Virus record (IMG/VR): IMGVR_UViG_3300032254_000027
Span: 1-27,298 of that record
Length of the DNA stretch: 27,298 nt
From: a virus
Lineage: Duplodnaviria; Caudoviricetes
Direction: 5' to 3' (one strand)
In this document: in pieces, positions 1 through 8,897 of the stretch
Position numbering within the stretch: position 1 is the stretch's first letter
How the letters are laid out: each line of letters begins with the position of its first letter
Program-made: the position numbers and the translations under genes
The notes under the pieces: model-generated
Database searches by the model: none
Told to the model about the DNA's origin: nothing
What the model saw: the letters and a program-made list of their open reading frames with translations, nothing else

Positions 1-8
1 ATTCTTAT

Positions 9-38
9 AAAATAAAAGACCGCAAGAAGCGGCCTTTT
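9..38 (-). terminator. Probable intrinsic terminator after the DUF2190 gene
   Basis: Minus strand reads AAAAGGCCGC-TTCTT-GCGGTCTTTATTTTT, just downstream of the stop at 52. Confidence 0.55.
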
Positions 39-51
39 ATATAATAGCTAA

Positions 52-414
52 TTAATTTAACGTACCAAAAGGTGCGTTTATTTTAACTTTTACGGTGGTA
101 TCGCCACTGCCGGCGGCTTCAATAACGGTTGCACCATTTGTGATGTCCCCTGTTGCCGGAGTACCAATATTAGAATTAAATTCTCCGGTAGAGGCGTCCC
201 AGTCGACAATATCGCCGACCGCCATAACGTCCGTTGATAGTTTAGGTAAACTCCAAACACCGTCCACACCAACAGCACCAACTTGACCCGATGGAATGTT
301 ATCCATTGTAATACCAAGTAATGCGCCAATAGTTAAGATAGTGTTAACCGCTAAATCCGAACCCGCATTTAGGTAATCAAGAATACTGCCTTTTTGTATA
401 AATAAGTTTGACAT
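52..414 (-). CDS. DUF2190-family capsid cement/decoration protein
   Basis: MSNLFIQKG...GVWSLPK...VKVKIN pattern, directly downstream of the ClpP-capsid fusion, AGAGGA RBS. Confidence 0.8.
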   Translation of the reverse strand: MSNLFIQKGSILDYLNAGSDLAVNTILTIGALLGITMDNIPSGQVGAVGVDGVWSLPKLSTDVMAVGDIVDWDASTGEFNSNIGTPATGDITNGATVIEAAGSGDTTVKVKINAPFGTLN

Positions 415-450
415 TAAATTGTCCTCTTTTAATTTTTAAATATATTAATT

Positions 451-485
451 AAAAAACCGCAACCTTATGGTTGCGGTTTATTTTT
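451..485 (-). terminator. Intrinsic terminator/stabilising hairpin after the major capsid gene
   Basis: AAACCGCAACC-TTAT-GGTTGCGGTTT perfect 11-bp stem (454-479) flanked by A and T runs. Confidence 0.8.
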
Positions 486-497
486 GCGTAACGTTAA

Positions 498-2624
498 TTA
501 CTGTGGATTTTTAGTTAGCGTACGGAAGTCGAGTGGGCTAACACCGGCATCTAAACTTACTTTAAATTCAGTCCCGTCAACAGTCCAACCGTTTTGTTGC
601 TCTAAGCGAGGCATTGCGTTGCCATCAAGGTACGAAACTTCGATAGTGTCATGCATGCCAGAGTTAGCCGCGCCGTACCAGTTGGTTGCGCTTGCTTCGT
701 CAAGGCGAGCATCCGAAATAACTTCGAATGTACCGCGAACACTATTAGGCACGGTATTGCTTTTAGTTGTTGCTGATCCACCAACTTCATTTTCGGAATC
801 ACGTACAACTTTTGCAGTACCTTCTAAAGCAACCGGTACAATAATATTTGCTAATCGTATATTTAATGCTGATGCATTCTTGCTTGCATCTTTTTGCGTG
901 GCCATCGCGACACGCATAGCATCAACAGATGCTGTGCTAACCGCTGCACCTGTTAACAAGTTATTATGTGTTGCGTGGAACAAAGCAACATTATCACTCA
1001 TATTTGGATTACCGGTTAAGACGGCATACACTAAATTACCAACTGTTCTAACAGCGGCGCGGCCCATCTTGCGAGGAATACGGGTAAATGCGCCAAGGTC
1101 ATCGTTGATAATAGCTTGACGTGAAATATTAAATAATTTTCCGAAGGTTGCTAACTGGATTGTTTCACCGCGATCACCAACAGTCGCCGTTTTATATTCA
1201 CCACCTGACGGCACTTTATCTAGTGCGGGGAACGAATCCAGATCGGCGCGCGTAGCAAGTTTAAAATCAGGTAGTTCCCCAACATTTGTCCAAGCTTGAA
1301 ACGTTTCGTCGGCTTCGTCATAACCCATTAACATGGCTTTATTTGCCGTATTAATAAGTAGATTACCAAAATCGCCAGTTGTATGAGTAAATGCTGCAGC
1401 AACTAAATCCAGTTTACCCATGCGAGTTGTATCAATGCCGTGCATGTTGAGAACTTTACGCGCCATTTCCGCTAAAGAGTATCCACGATAATCATTTTGA
1501 TAATCATCTGTAGCTAAACCGGCACGCGCTAACAATGCGCTTTGTGCGCCAACACGAAATTTATCAACAACATCAGCAACAATAACGGTGCTAGGTTGAC
1601 TACCAAGTGCTGTTACATCCTTACCCAAATGATTTAATAGTTGCTCGCTTGCGGCGGACACAGTCATGGCCGTATCGTCTAAACAGGTATCCATTAAGCC
1701 ACGAACACCTTCGTGCCCTAAATGATTCGCGAAGGCCGCTCGCATTTTAGTTCGACGCTCCGCATCTTTTGCAAGCGCCTTAGCTTCAACTTCCCGTTTT
1801 TCAGCGGCTTTTTTCTCGGCCGCCTGTGTTTTTTCTGCTTCAGTCATGATGACTTCCTTTTTAATTGTGGCAGCGACCGGAGCCGCCTGTTTTATTGGTT
1901 GGCCTAAATCAGCAGCATCAACTTTTATATTTACATTAATTGATTGCTCACGCTCGACCGTTTTATTTGCTGACACACCTTTTAAAGTTGGCGCGTTTGC
2001 AAAATACTTTGAATTATTAAAACCCGATGCAGCCATTTCTAAACCATCATCGTTAATAATATCGATATAACCTGAATCTTGTGCTTCTGTTGCAGTAAAC
2101 CAATGATCTTCGCCATCAGTTAAAATATCTAAAATTTCATCATGCGATAAACCTGTTTTTCGTGAATAGCTTGTTGCCATTGCCTCAGCATATTTATCAA
2201 GTAAATCAGCTTGCATTCGCATTTCTTTTGAGTTTCCACCAACATATGTCCAGGGTGCGTGAACCATAAAGAGTGAGTTTGCGCCCATTTCAACGGTATC
2301 GCCCGCCATTGCAATTAAAGAGGCAGCGGAAACAGCAACACCTTCAATAATGACGTTTACTTTTGATTCATGTCGACGTAGCGCGTTATAAATGGCAATA
2401 CCATCAGCAACATTACCGCCATAGGAATTAATTCGTACATTGATAGTGTCAACATCTAAATCTTGAAGTTGAGTAACAACTTCTTTTGCTGTTACGCTTT
2501 CATACCAGCTTTCACCAATATTGCCATAAATTAATAACTCGGCTTCATTATCACCCATTGCTTGCATGCTATAAGGTGATAAATTATTTGTTTGGTTATT
2601 TTTTAATTTTTTCTTTTTACTCAT
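498..2624 (-). CDS. ClpP-like (S14) prohead protease / major capsid protein fusion
   Basis: N-terminal INSYGG, AVSAAS (Ser), MVHAPW (His), EDHWFTA; C-terminal capsid domain (TFGKLFNISRQAIINDDLGAF, IEVSYLDG). Start placed at ATG 2624 with a GGAG RBS rather than 2663. Confidence 0.92.
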   Translation of the reverse strand: MSKKKKLKNNQTNNLSPYSMQAMGDNEAELLIYGNIGESWYESVTAKEVVTQLQDLDVDTINVRINSYGGNVADGIAIYNALRRHESKVNVIIEGVAVSAASLIAMAGDTVEMGANSLFMVHAPWTYVGGNSKEMRMQADLLDKYAEAMATSYSRKTGLSHDEILDILTDGEDHWFTATEAQDSGYIDIINDDGLEMAASGFNNSKYFANAPTLKGVSANKTVEREQSINVNIKVDAADLGQPIKQAAPVAATIKKEVIMTEAEKTQAAEKKAAEKREVEAKALAKDAERRTKMRAAFANHLGHEGVRGLMDTCLDDTAMTVSAASEQLLNHLGKDVTALGSQPSTVIVADVVDKFRVGAQSALLARAGLATDDYQNDYRGYSLAEMARKVLNMHGIDTTRMGKLDLVAAAFTHTTGDFGNLLINTANKAMLMGYDEADETFQAWTNVGELPDFKLATRADLDSFPALDKVPSGGEYKTATVGDRGETIQLATFGKLFNISRQAIINDDLGAFTRIPRKMGRAAVRTVGNLVYAVLTGNPNMSDNVALFHATHNNLLTGAAVSTASVDAMRVAMATQKDASKNASALNIRLANIIVPVALEGTAKVVRDSENEVGGSATTKSNTVPNSVRGTFEVISDARLDEASATNWYGAANSGMHDTIEVSYLDGNAMPRLEQQNGWTVDGTEFKVSLDAGVSPLDFRTLTKNPQ

Positions 2625-4125
2625 CGTCTTTATCTCCGTTGACAGAAGTAGAAAGCCCCGCATTTGCGGGGCTTTTGTCGTGTTTAGCGTCAGTGGTGAA
2701 AACTAATTTATCTTCGTCGTTATCTTCACGCCATTGTTTTATTTGTTTGCGCACATCTTTAGGGTTTCCACCGCGTTCGCGAATAATCATTTGTGCAGAT
2801 TTATAGCCTGCGCGCTCTAAGGTTTCATTAGCATCAACCTCTTTCTTGGGATCGATCCATGGCATAGATGGACCGCGATAGTCAGCATCAAAGATAGTCA
2901 GAGGGTTTACATCAGATGGGACACGTAAAACACCTGACAAGATTGCCATATCAATAAAGTTACGAACAATGGGACGGTTAAATTTACCGATAAATGACAT
3001 GGTTCCGCTTAAATAATTGCTCCAACCTTCAACTAATTCTTGGCGTTGTGAAGAATAAGTTCCGTTATAGTTTTTTGAAATACTCGAAAAATTGGCACCC
3101 GTACCAGAGCCAACACCGCGCATTTGAATATCAATAAAGCCGCCGACTGCTGTCGATGGTCTATCGCTTGAAATTATTCCTACATCTTCGCCGGGTAATA
3201 AGCCATCAAACACCATCCCCGGTTTTATATTAAAACTTCTATCTTTGTCTGAACCATCCTCTTTAACATAATCGTCAGCTGTGCCACGCTTGATATATGC
3301 AGTCATCGCGGCGGCAACACGTGCAGCAACGCGTTCTGACTCTTCATAGTCTTTAATGTCTTCAAGGCGACGTATAACTGATGCGAATATAGAAACACCA
3401 CGTGCTTGACGAATACGCGTAGTAATCTTTGGGTGAAGTATTCGCGATGCTGGCACCACTTTTGTTATCAAATCTCTATAAATTCGATCATCGCCCGGAT
3501 GTTGTTTGTATATATGATAAGCCGTTGGTCTGCCCCAAGCATTTCGTTGTACACCTTGAGTAATACCTTTTGAATCGTCGGTATAATCAAACGGTAAATG
3601 ATCTGTTTCGATTAACTCTATAGAAAAAGGAACACGAGTACCGTGGTCAAGACCAGGTACTTTACCTAGTAACAATTGTGTTAAGAGCTCACCATCACGA
3701 AAATAGGTTTGGCCTGCTAATTGTTGCACTGCAATCCAATCATGCTCGCCGGTAACTTCAGGCATTAATATCCAGTTATTAAAAGCATCCTGTAAAGACT
3801 GAGCAAATTCAGTATGTATGTCACCATCATTATTTTTAGGCTGAAATTCAACGCTAATACCTGCGGGGCCAATCGTATTATTTACTAATACGGTTAACAC
3901 ACCTTTAGCAAAGTCATAATTCTGCTCTAGTTGTCGAGCATAACCGCGCAGCGAAGCACCGGCGCGACCAACAACAGCATCACCGCTACTATTATCCGCT
4001 TGATTTTTTCGTAACCGTCCGGGTTTAGCTGATTCATAAGCCGCCAAAGCACCCCGAAATTGCGCACGATTAAATGCAGTTTGGGGCGAAAAGAAAGCAA
4101 TAATTTTATCTAATGGGTTTTTCAT
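2617..4125 (-). CDS. Phage portal protein, lambda family
   Basis: YFRDGE, RIRQARGVS, YSSQRQELVE, PWIDPKKE motifs; lies between gpW-like gene and protease-capsid. Confidence 0.93.
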   Translation of the reverse strand: MKNPLDKIIAFFSPQTAFNRAQFRGALAAYESAKPGRLRKNQADNSSGDAVVGRAGASLRGYARQLEQNYDFAKGVLTVLVNNTIGPAGISVEFQPKNNDGDIHTEFAQSLQDAFNNWILMPEVTGEHDWIAVQQLAGQTYFRDGELLTQLLLGKVPGLDHGTRVPFSIELIETDHLPFDYTDDSKGITQGVQRNAWGRPTAYHIYKQHPGDDRIYRDLITKVVPASRILHPKITTRIRQARGVSIFASVIRRLEDIKDYEESERVAARVAAAMTAYIKRGTADDYVKEDGSDKDRSFNIKPGMVFDGLLPGEDVGIISSDRPSTAVGGFIDIQMRGVGSGTGANFSSISKNYNGTYSSQRQELVEGWSNYLSGTMSFIGKFNRPIVRNFIDMAILSGVLRVPSDVNPLTIFDADYRGPSMPWIDPKKEVDANETLERAGYKSAQMIIRERGGNPKDVRKQIKQWREDNDEDKLVFTTDAKHDKSPANAGLSTSVNGDKDDE

Positions 4126-4127
4126 AA

Positions 4128-4343
4128 TTAGTTTGTAAAATCTGCTACGCTGTTAACGCTTGAGCCACCACCTAATCGCGCTCTTTCAGTATTCACTCGA
4201 CGCTGCCATTCTTGACGGCCAGCACGTAAAGCACCAAGGTCAGCTTTGTTGTAAGAAATACCATCAATGCTATAACTTTGGTTTTTCAATACGGCTTTTT
4301 CCGCTGCGGTATACGCTGCTAACATTTCAGTCGCTTCACTCAT
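4128..4343 (-). CDS. Head completion / head-tail joining protein (gpW-like)
   Basis: 71 aa, YTAAEKAVLKNQSYSIDG...ADLGALRAGRQEW, between terminase and portal. Confidence 0.75.
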   Translation of the reverse strand: MSEATEMLAAYTAAEKAVLKNQSYSIDGISYNKADLGALRAGRQEWQRRVNTERARLGGGSSVNSVADFTN

Positions 4344-6351
4344 TTTTTAACCAATCTCCATCGCCAGCATCAACCCAGTTGTTGCTTTGCGTTTTTTCTT
4401 GTTGAGTTTTATCGGATTTATTAACGATAACGTCATCTTTATTGCTGAATAAGTCAGATTGTTTAAGTTTTTCATCCAGCGCAGCCCATTGATGTTCTTG
4501 CATCGTATGCACTTTAATTGAACGGGCTGCATGTAATGCATAAACCGCACAATCTAACCCTTCATTTCTAACGCCAGATTTCTTTTGCCATACTAATTTT
4601 TTACGAATCGAGCGATGGGGTGCTTTAATTTCCGAAAGCATTTGTTCGTAAAAATCCACGCGTACATTTTTATACCAATGCATTCGGCCGGCACCATTAC
4701 CTTCTAAAGTAATTCGTCCGTTATCACCAATAAGTAAATCTTTTGCTTTGTGTGTGCCAACCGTGTAAATCTTCAAGCCATATTTACTGGCCTTTGTTTT
4801 TGTTTTGTGATCTATTTTTTTTGGCGTGCTATAAATTTCGCGCACACCGTAATCATTGGATGAACCTTTTATTGCCATTACGCCTTGGCGCTGACGATCC
4901 CGAGCATAGCTATAAACAACATCAGACGTACCACCATCAGATGAATCGATTGATATTGCTGATAAACGCAAAGCAAATCCATCGGAATGTTCGAAGCTTT
5001 GAAATAATAACTTATCTAACTCTTTCCATACTGAATCTGTTTTGTCTGTCACACGTGTATTAGCTAACAATTCACCCCAATATACCAACCAAGATTCTTC
5101 GCCACGGCCCCATGCCCAAATTTGTACAGCCAATCTATCGTGCTGAACATCAATGCCCGCCGTTAAAATTAACGCTCCACGTGGAACGGTTAATTCTTTA
5201 TACTCTTCGGCGCGCGCTTCAAGTTCGTCGGCTTCGGGTGCGTCCGTTTTATATTCATACGGTAACCCTTTTGCTGAGTTGGTGAATACAATTAAATCTG
5301 TATCATCGCCTCGTTCAAAAGAATATTCAGCTTCAAGCCAACGTTCTACCAGTCGCACCATACGAGAACCAGGGAACGGCGAATATAATTCGTTTATATA
5401 AAAACCAGCAACGCCGCGAGATTTAGCAGTTGCTTTCCATTGTCCTTTTTTTACATTGCGATTCTTTTGTTGGTCACCCCAAAGCGAACCACATTCAGGG
5501 CATGCATACGCAGCCGTTTCAGGTAAAGCGTGGCCAAATTTTTCATGACTTTCATTTTCATCGCTCTGCCAAGTTAAGTTATCAAATGACAAAACATGCG
5601 ACTCACCACAATCATGGCAAGGTATAAAAAACTTTCGCTGATCAGAACCAAGATATGCACTTTCAATTGTTGATATGCCTTTAATTGAAGGCGTACCACC
5701 AAAAACAATATCACGTCGATGATATGTTTTAGTCCTTTCTTCTAATAACTTTATAGAGTCACCCTGCCCGCCAACATTAGCAGCGGCATCATCAGGTTCT
5801 TCTATAAACACTCTTGGTGCTGGCGTACTCTTTACATTTGAAACACTGTTTGAACCAACCAGTTTTAAAAAACCGCCGGCAAACTTTTTCATTAAAGCGC
5901 GATTACCATCTTTGCGGCTAGTAGCAACATCGAGCTTTGCTGATAATCTTGGTGATGCTAATACTGCAGGCGCTAATTTTTCTTGACTAAAATCTTTAGC
6001 TGCTTCTGCTTTTGCAAATAAACCAATCACAGGCGATGGGTCAATATCAATAATTCGACCGAGCCAGTTCATGATAACGCCATCAGTCCAAGCAACTTGG
6101 GAAGACTTCATGCAAACTGTTTTATATATCGCCGGGTCATCTAGCGCCTTATGCATACCAGCGACCCACGGAGTTAAATCAGAATTATACTTACCCGATA
6201 AGGCAGATGATTCAGCTGCAAGATATCGGTATTTATCAGCCCATTCCGTTATTGTTAACTTTGGCGGCGGCGCAGCTTTTGCGCGCAGTCGTTCAACTAG
6301 CGCTATCGTCGCTGGCGCTTGTTCCATCGGCAAAGTGTTGCAAGGCTTCAT
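4336..6351 (-). CDS. Terminase large subunit, lambda GpA family
   Basis: EWADKYRYL, variant Walker A KSSQVAWT, FIEEPD, GTPSIKG, Cys pairs CHDC/CPEC, nuclease GIDVQHDR, RNEGLDCAVYA. The true start may be the ATG at 6327. Confidence 0.95.
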   Translation of the reverse strand: MKPCNTLPMEQAPATIALVERLRAKAAPPPKLTITEWADKYRYLAAESSALSGKYNSDLTPWVAGMHKALDDPAIYKTVCMKSSQVAWTDGVIMNWLGRIIDIDPSPVIGLFAKAEAAKDFSQEKLAPAVLASPRLSAKLDVATSRKDGNRALMKKFAGGFLKLVGSNSVSNVKSTPAPRVFIEEPDDAAANVGGQGDSIKLLEERTKTYHRRDIVFGGTPSIKGISTIESAYLGSDQRKFFIPCHDCGESHVLSFDNLTWQSDENESHEKFGHALPETAAYACPECGSLWGDQQKNRNVKKGQWKATAKSRGVAGFYINELYSPFPGSRMVRLVERWLEAEYSFERGDDTDLIVFTNSAKGLPYEYKTDAPEADELEARAEEYKELTVPRGALILTAGIDVQHDRLAVQIWAWGRGEESWLVYWGELLANTRVTDKTDSVWKELDKLLFQSFEHSDGFALRLSAISIDSSDGGTSDVVYSYARDRQRQGVMAIKGSSNDYGVREIYSTPKKIDHKTKTKASKYGLKIYTVGTHKAKDLLIGDNGRITLEGNGAGRMHWYKNVRVDFYEQMLSEIKAPHRSIRKKLVWQKKSGVRNEGLDCAVYALHAARSIKVHTMQEHQWAALDEKLKQSDLFSNKDDVIVNKSDKTQQEKTQSNNWVDAGDGDWLKNE

Positions 6352-6757
6352 GAATAGGTTCTTCTATTAACAAAGGATCAATATCAACGTCATACATTGT
6401 CTTAACGGCCATTGTTAATTTATCCGGTAAAATTAATAGTTCTGTTCTAAGTGCGACAACTAAAGCTTCAAGACTTGGTTCTATTTCATCAACGGGAATT
6501 AATGTTCCCATTTTTGTTTTCACGTCCAGCTCTTTTAAATGCGCTGAAGCAACCGCTTCACGTGTTCTGGCGCGAGTTAAGTTAACTTGATCATTACCAC
6601 CGCGACCAGCCGCGCCCTCACGTACATGTCGAATATAAGCGACTCGAATTTCATCTAGTGTGTTATTTTTTGTATTAAGTCCCAGCCTGCCCAATACTTC
6701 ACGTAAATTCCGCACGGACATATCTAGATGTTTTGCTACTTCACTTTGATTTGCCAT
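6293..6757 (-). CDS. Terminase small subunit (Nu1-like)
   Basis: N-terminal winged HTH (QSEVAKHLDMSVRNLRE), YIRHVREGAAGR, coiled coil; overlaps the large subunit start. Confidence 0.85.
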   Translation of the reverse strand: MANQSEVAKHLDMSVRNLREVLGRLGLNTKNNTLDEIRVAYIRHVREGAAGRGGNDQVNLTRARTREAVASAHLKELDVKTKMGTLIPVDEIEPSLEALVVALRTELLILPDKLTMAVKTMYDVDIDPLLIEEPIHEALQHFADGTSASDDSAS

Positions 6758-6923
6758 TGCTAAATATTGATTTACCTAATGCGATGCGCCATGCAAATTT
6801 TAAACGCCGCTTCCAACATAAGTTTAGAAGCAATGCCTGAATACCTGTTGCAAAATCTTTGGTTTCAATTGCAACCCGTTTGTTAATTTCTTTTCGTAAT
6901 TTTTTTGCAGTTTTATTATTCAT
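6741..6923 (-). CDS. Small basic hypothetical protein (MNNKTAKKLRK...)
   Basis: ORF overlaps the terS start; start placed at ATG 6923 because the upstream part runs into the cos candidate region. Confidence 0.45.
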   Translation of the reverse strand: MNNKTAKKLRKEINKRVAIETKDFATGIQALLLNLCWKRRLKFAWRIALGKSIFSNGKSK

Positions 6924-6984
6924 ATATTTTTGTAACCAGATGATTAGTAAAGGGAAACGGAACCCCCTATAGCAGATCAAATCT

Positions 6985-7037
6985 GCATAAAAAACGCGAG
7001 AATTTGTCCCGTATGATCAAGGTGCTAGGGAGTACCT
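6985..7037 (-). other. Putative cos site (cosQ-like AGGTACT; cosN-like TAC/GGGACAAATTCT/CGCG)
   Basis: Intergenic, upstream of terS; resembles lambda GGGTCCT...TTACG/GGGCGGCGACCT/CGCGGGTTTT. Confidence 0.55.
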
Positions 7038-7048
7038 TTTTTTATAGG

Positions 7049-7663
7049 TTATCGTTTACGTCCCTTATTCAAGTGACGATGGATGGCGCGCTCTGCTTGT
7101 CGCTTAAACTCTACACCAAACACATCAAGACCAGCGTCAAGTGTAGCTTTACTGTTCTTGTCTTTAATAAATATTTTTTGAATGTTCGGTCCATAAATTG
7201 TTTTAGACCAGCTGCTTTTACGGTTGCCAGTACTACCACTCTTACGTGATACCACTATCAACTTGCCGCTATTGCGGCCTCTTACAATAAATGTGCCTTT
7301 ATGTATCTTCGCCTTCTTACGTCCAAAACCTTTAGCGGCAACACCGGCCTTCTTTTTAAACGCGCCTACTTTTACTTTTGATGGCACAACGAATTCAATT
7401 AAGTTGTTACTCTTTCTTCTTGATGCAGTAATGATAACCCGTAATTGAGACCGGTTAGAGCGACGAAGCTTCACGTTCTTCTTAACTTTACCAATAGCAA
7501 TACCTGATGCATCCCGCACTAATCTTGATGACTTGGTTAGCATCTTCTTTCCTGCTGCATTCAATGCCTGATTGGTGATATTAACAACTACTTTATCGCT
7601 CAACGAGCTTAATCGTTTGCGTAATCGTTTTAGGTCATGCTTAATACTTATCTCTAATGTCAT
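7049..7663 (-). CDS. Minor tail protein Z-like (gpZ) basic protein
   Basis: Very K/R-rich, NQALNAAG, GTFIV...R, IYGPNI motifs typical of prophage gpZ-like proteins. Confidence 0.65.
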   Translation of the reverse strand: MTLEISIKHDLKRLRKRLSSLSDKVVVNITNQALNAAGKKMLTKSSRLVRDASGIAIGKVKKNVKLRRSNRSQLRVIITASRRKSNNLIEFVVPSKVKVGAFKKKAGVAAKGFGRKKAKIHKGTFIVRGRNSGKLIVVSRKSGSTGNRKSSWSKTIYGPNIQKIFIKDKNSKATLDAGLDVFGVEFKRQAERAIHRHLNKGRKR

Positions 7664-8112
7664 GACGTGCGATTAACAGCAACCTCTTCATGAATCCATT
7701 CACCATCAATACCAAGCGCTGTGAATGTTGTTGTTACAATATAAGCATCACCGGCAATTAAGTTGGCGGCTTTATCGAGAATGCCACGATAGTCTCCATT
7801 TGAGGTAGGGATATAGTTTAAAGTTATGGGTGAGCCAAAGACTTCATTTAACTTACTGTCTTTTATGCTTACAGAAACAGCACCTTCATTAAGAAAAGCA
7901 CCGTCGAGTATATCGACTGCACCGGTTAATTCTAATAAGTTGTCGTTCTGTCCTGCATATAGAGAAAATGTTCTATTAAAGTTTATAGTGGCATCAACGA
8001 TGCCTGCTTTTGTTAATAGCTGCGAAAAACCTAAAGTCACTAGATTAGCAAGATTAGATGTTAATCCACCGTCTGCTCCAAAGCCAAATGTTGTTGTTCT
8101 GATTAAGCTCAT
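7660..8112 (-). CDS. Hypothetical virion-associated protein with Ig/BppU-like C-terminal domain
   Basis: Beta-strand pattern (VSVSIKD...SNGDYRGIL...YIVTTTF); ATGA overlaps with both neighbours. Confidence 0.55.
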   Translation of the reverse strand: MSLIRTTTFGFGADGGLTSNLANLVTLGFSQLLTKAGIVDATINFNRTFSLYAGQNDNLLELTGAVDILDGAFLNEGAVSVSIKDSKLNEVFGSPITLNYIPTSNGDYRGILDKAANLIAGDAYIVTTTFTALGIDGEWIHEEVAVNRTS

Positions 8113-8897
8113 GTATTGCGAGATATTGCTGTTGGGTTAGTTGCGTCATCATAATTATATGTTGCCGCTGGTGTAATGCCATCCAATTGATTAACTGTTT
8201 TAGTTACGCCGGTAGTGCTATGTTCGGCAAGTAAGGCTCTAACCTCAAATAGTAACTGAGATAGTGTTGGAATCGCGTTTAGTACAGCATAAGACTCCGT
8301 TAATTGAGTTGTTAGTATGTCACCTGGTGTAATATCATTTAGTGCTGCAATTAAATCGGGTATTGTTGTTTGAGTAGCCAATAAAACAGCTGTCATTTCA
8401 GTATCAAGGTATCCTGCTATCGCAGCTATTGTTGTGTTATCAGGTGCATTAGTGTTTGCACCATCAGTACCACGCATATCTGAGTTAGTTGATGTTGTAT
8501 CAACTAATGTAACATTTGGAATGATAGCCCCCACATGTGTTGTTGCGGCTAGAGTGACATTCGGCGAATCTAGATCAAATTGGTGCTGTGCGTTTGCATT
8601 ACCATAAGTTTCAATCACAATGTATTTATCGAGCCAAAGTTTTGTAGGGCTTTGATCAACGATGTACAGAACAATACGTTTTGCTGTCATTTCCGTTGGC
8701 GTTAGTGAGATTGAATAGCCAAAACCTTCATCAACAAATGCATTGGTTGTATTCACTTCAACGCCTTCATCAATCATTACTGATATATCACCAGCGGCAT
8801 AAACGGCATCAACTCTAAAATTAACACCGTCAGCTTCAATTAAATCAAATAGAATTGTTGCCGTTTCATTGTACTTTCTTAAAATTGGAGTTTGCAT
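8109..8897 (-). CDS. Hypothetical virion-associated protein (Ig-like N-domain, Thr/Ala-rich stalk, helical C-part)
   Basis: 262-aa ORF abutting the upstream stop (TAAATG); GDISVMIDEG...GYSISLTPTEM is a pattern seen in phage structural hypotheticals. Confidence 0.55.
   Translation of the reverse strand: MQTPILRKYNETATILFDLIEADGVNFRVDAVYAAGDISVMIDEGVEVNTTNAFVDEGFGYSISLTPTEMTAKRIVLYIVDQSPTKLWLDKYIVIETYGNANAQHQFDLDSPNVTLAATTHVGAIIPNVTLVDTTSTNSDMRGTDGANTNAPDNTTIAAIAGYLDTEMTAVLLATQTTIPDLIAALNDITPGDILTTQLTESYAVLNAIPTLSQLLFEVRALLAEHSTTGVTKTVNQLDGITPAATYNYDDATNPTAISRNT

Noticed and set aside
484-1119. 211-aa plus-strand ORF and other antisense ORFs over the head genes
   Set aside because: Shadow frames of the well-supported capsid and terminase genes, with no RBS or motifs.
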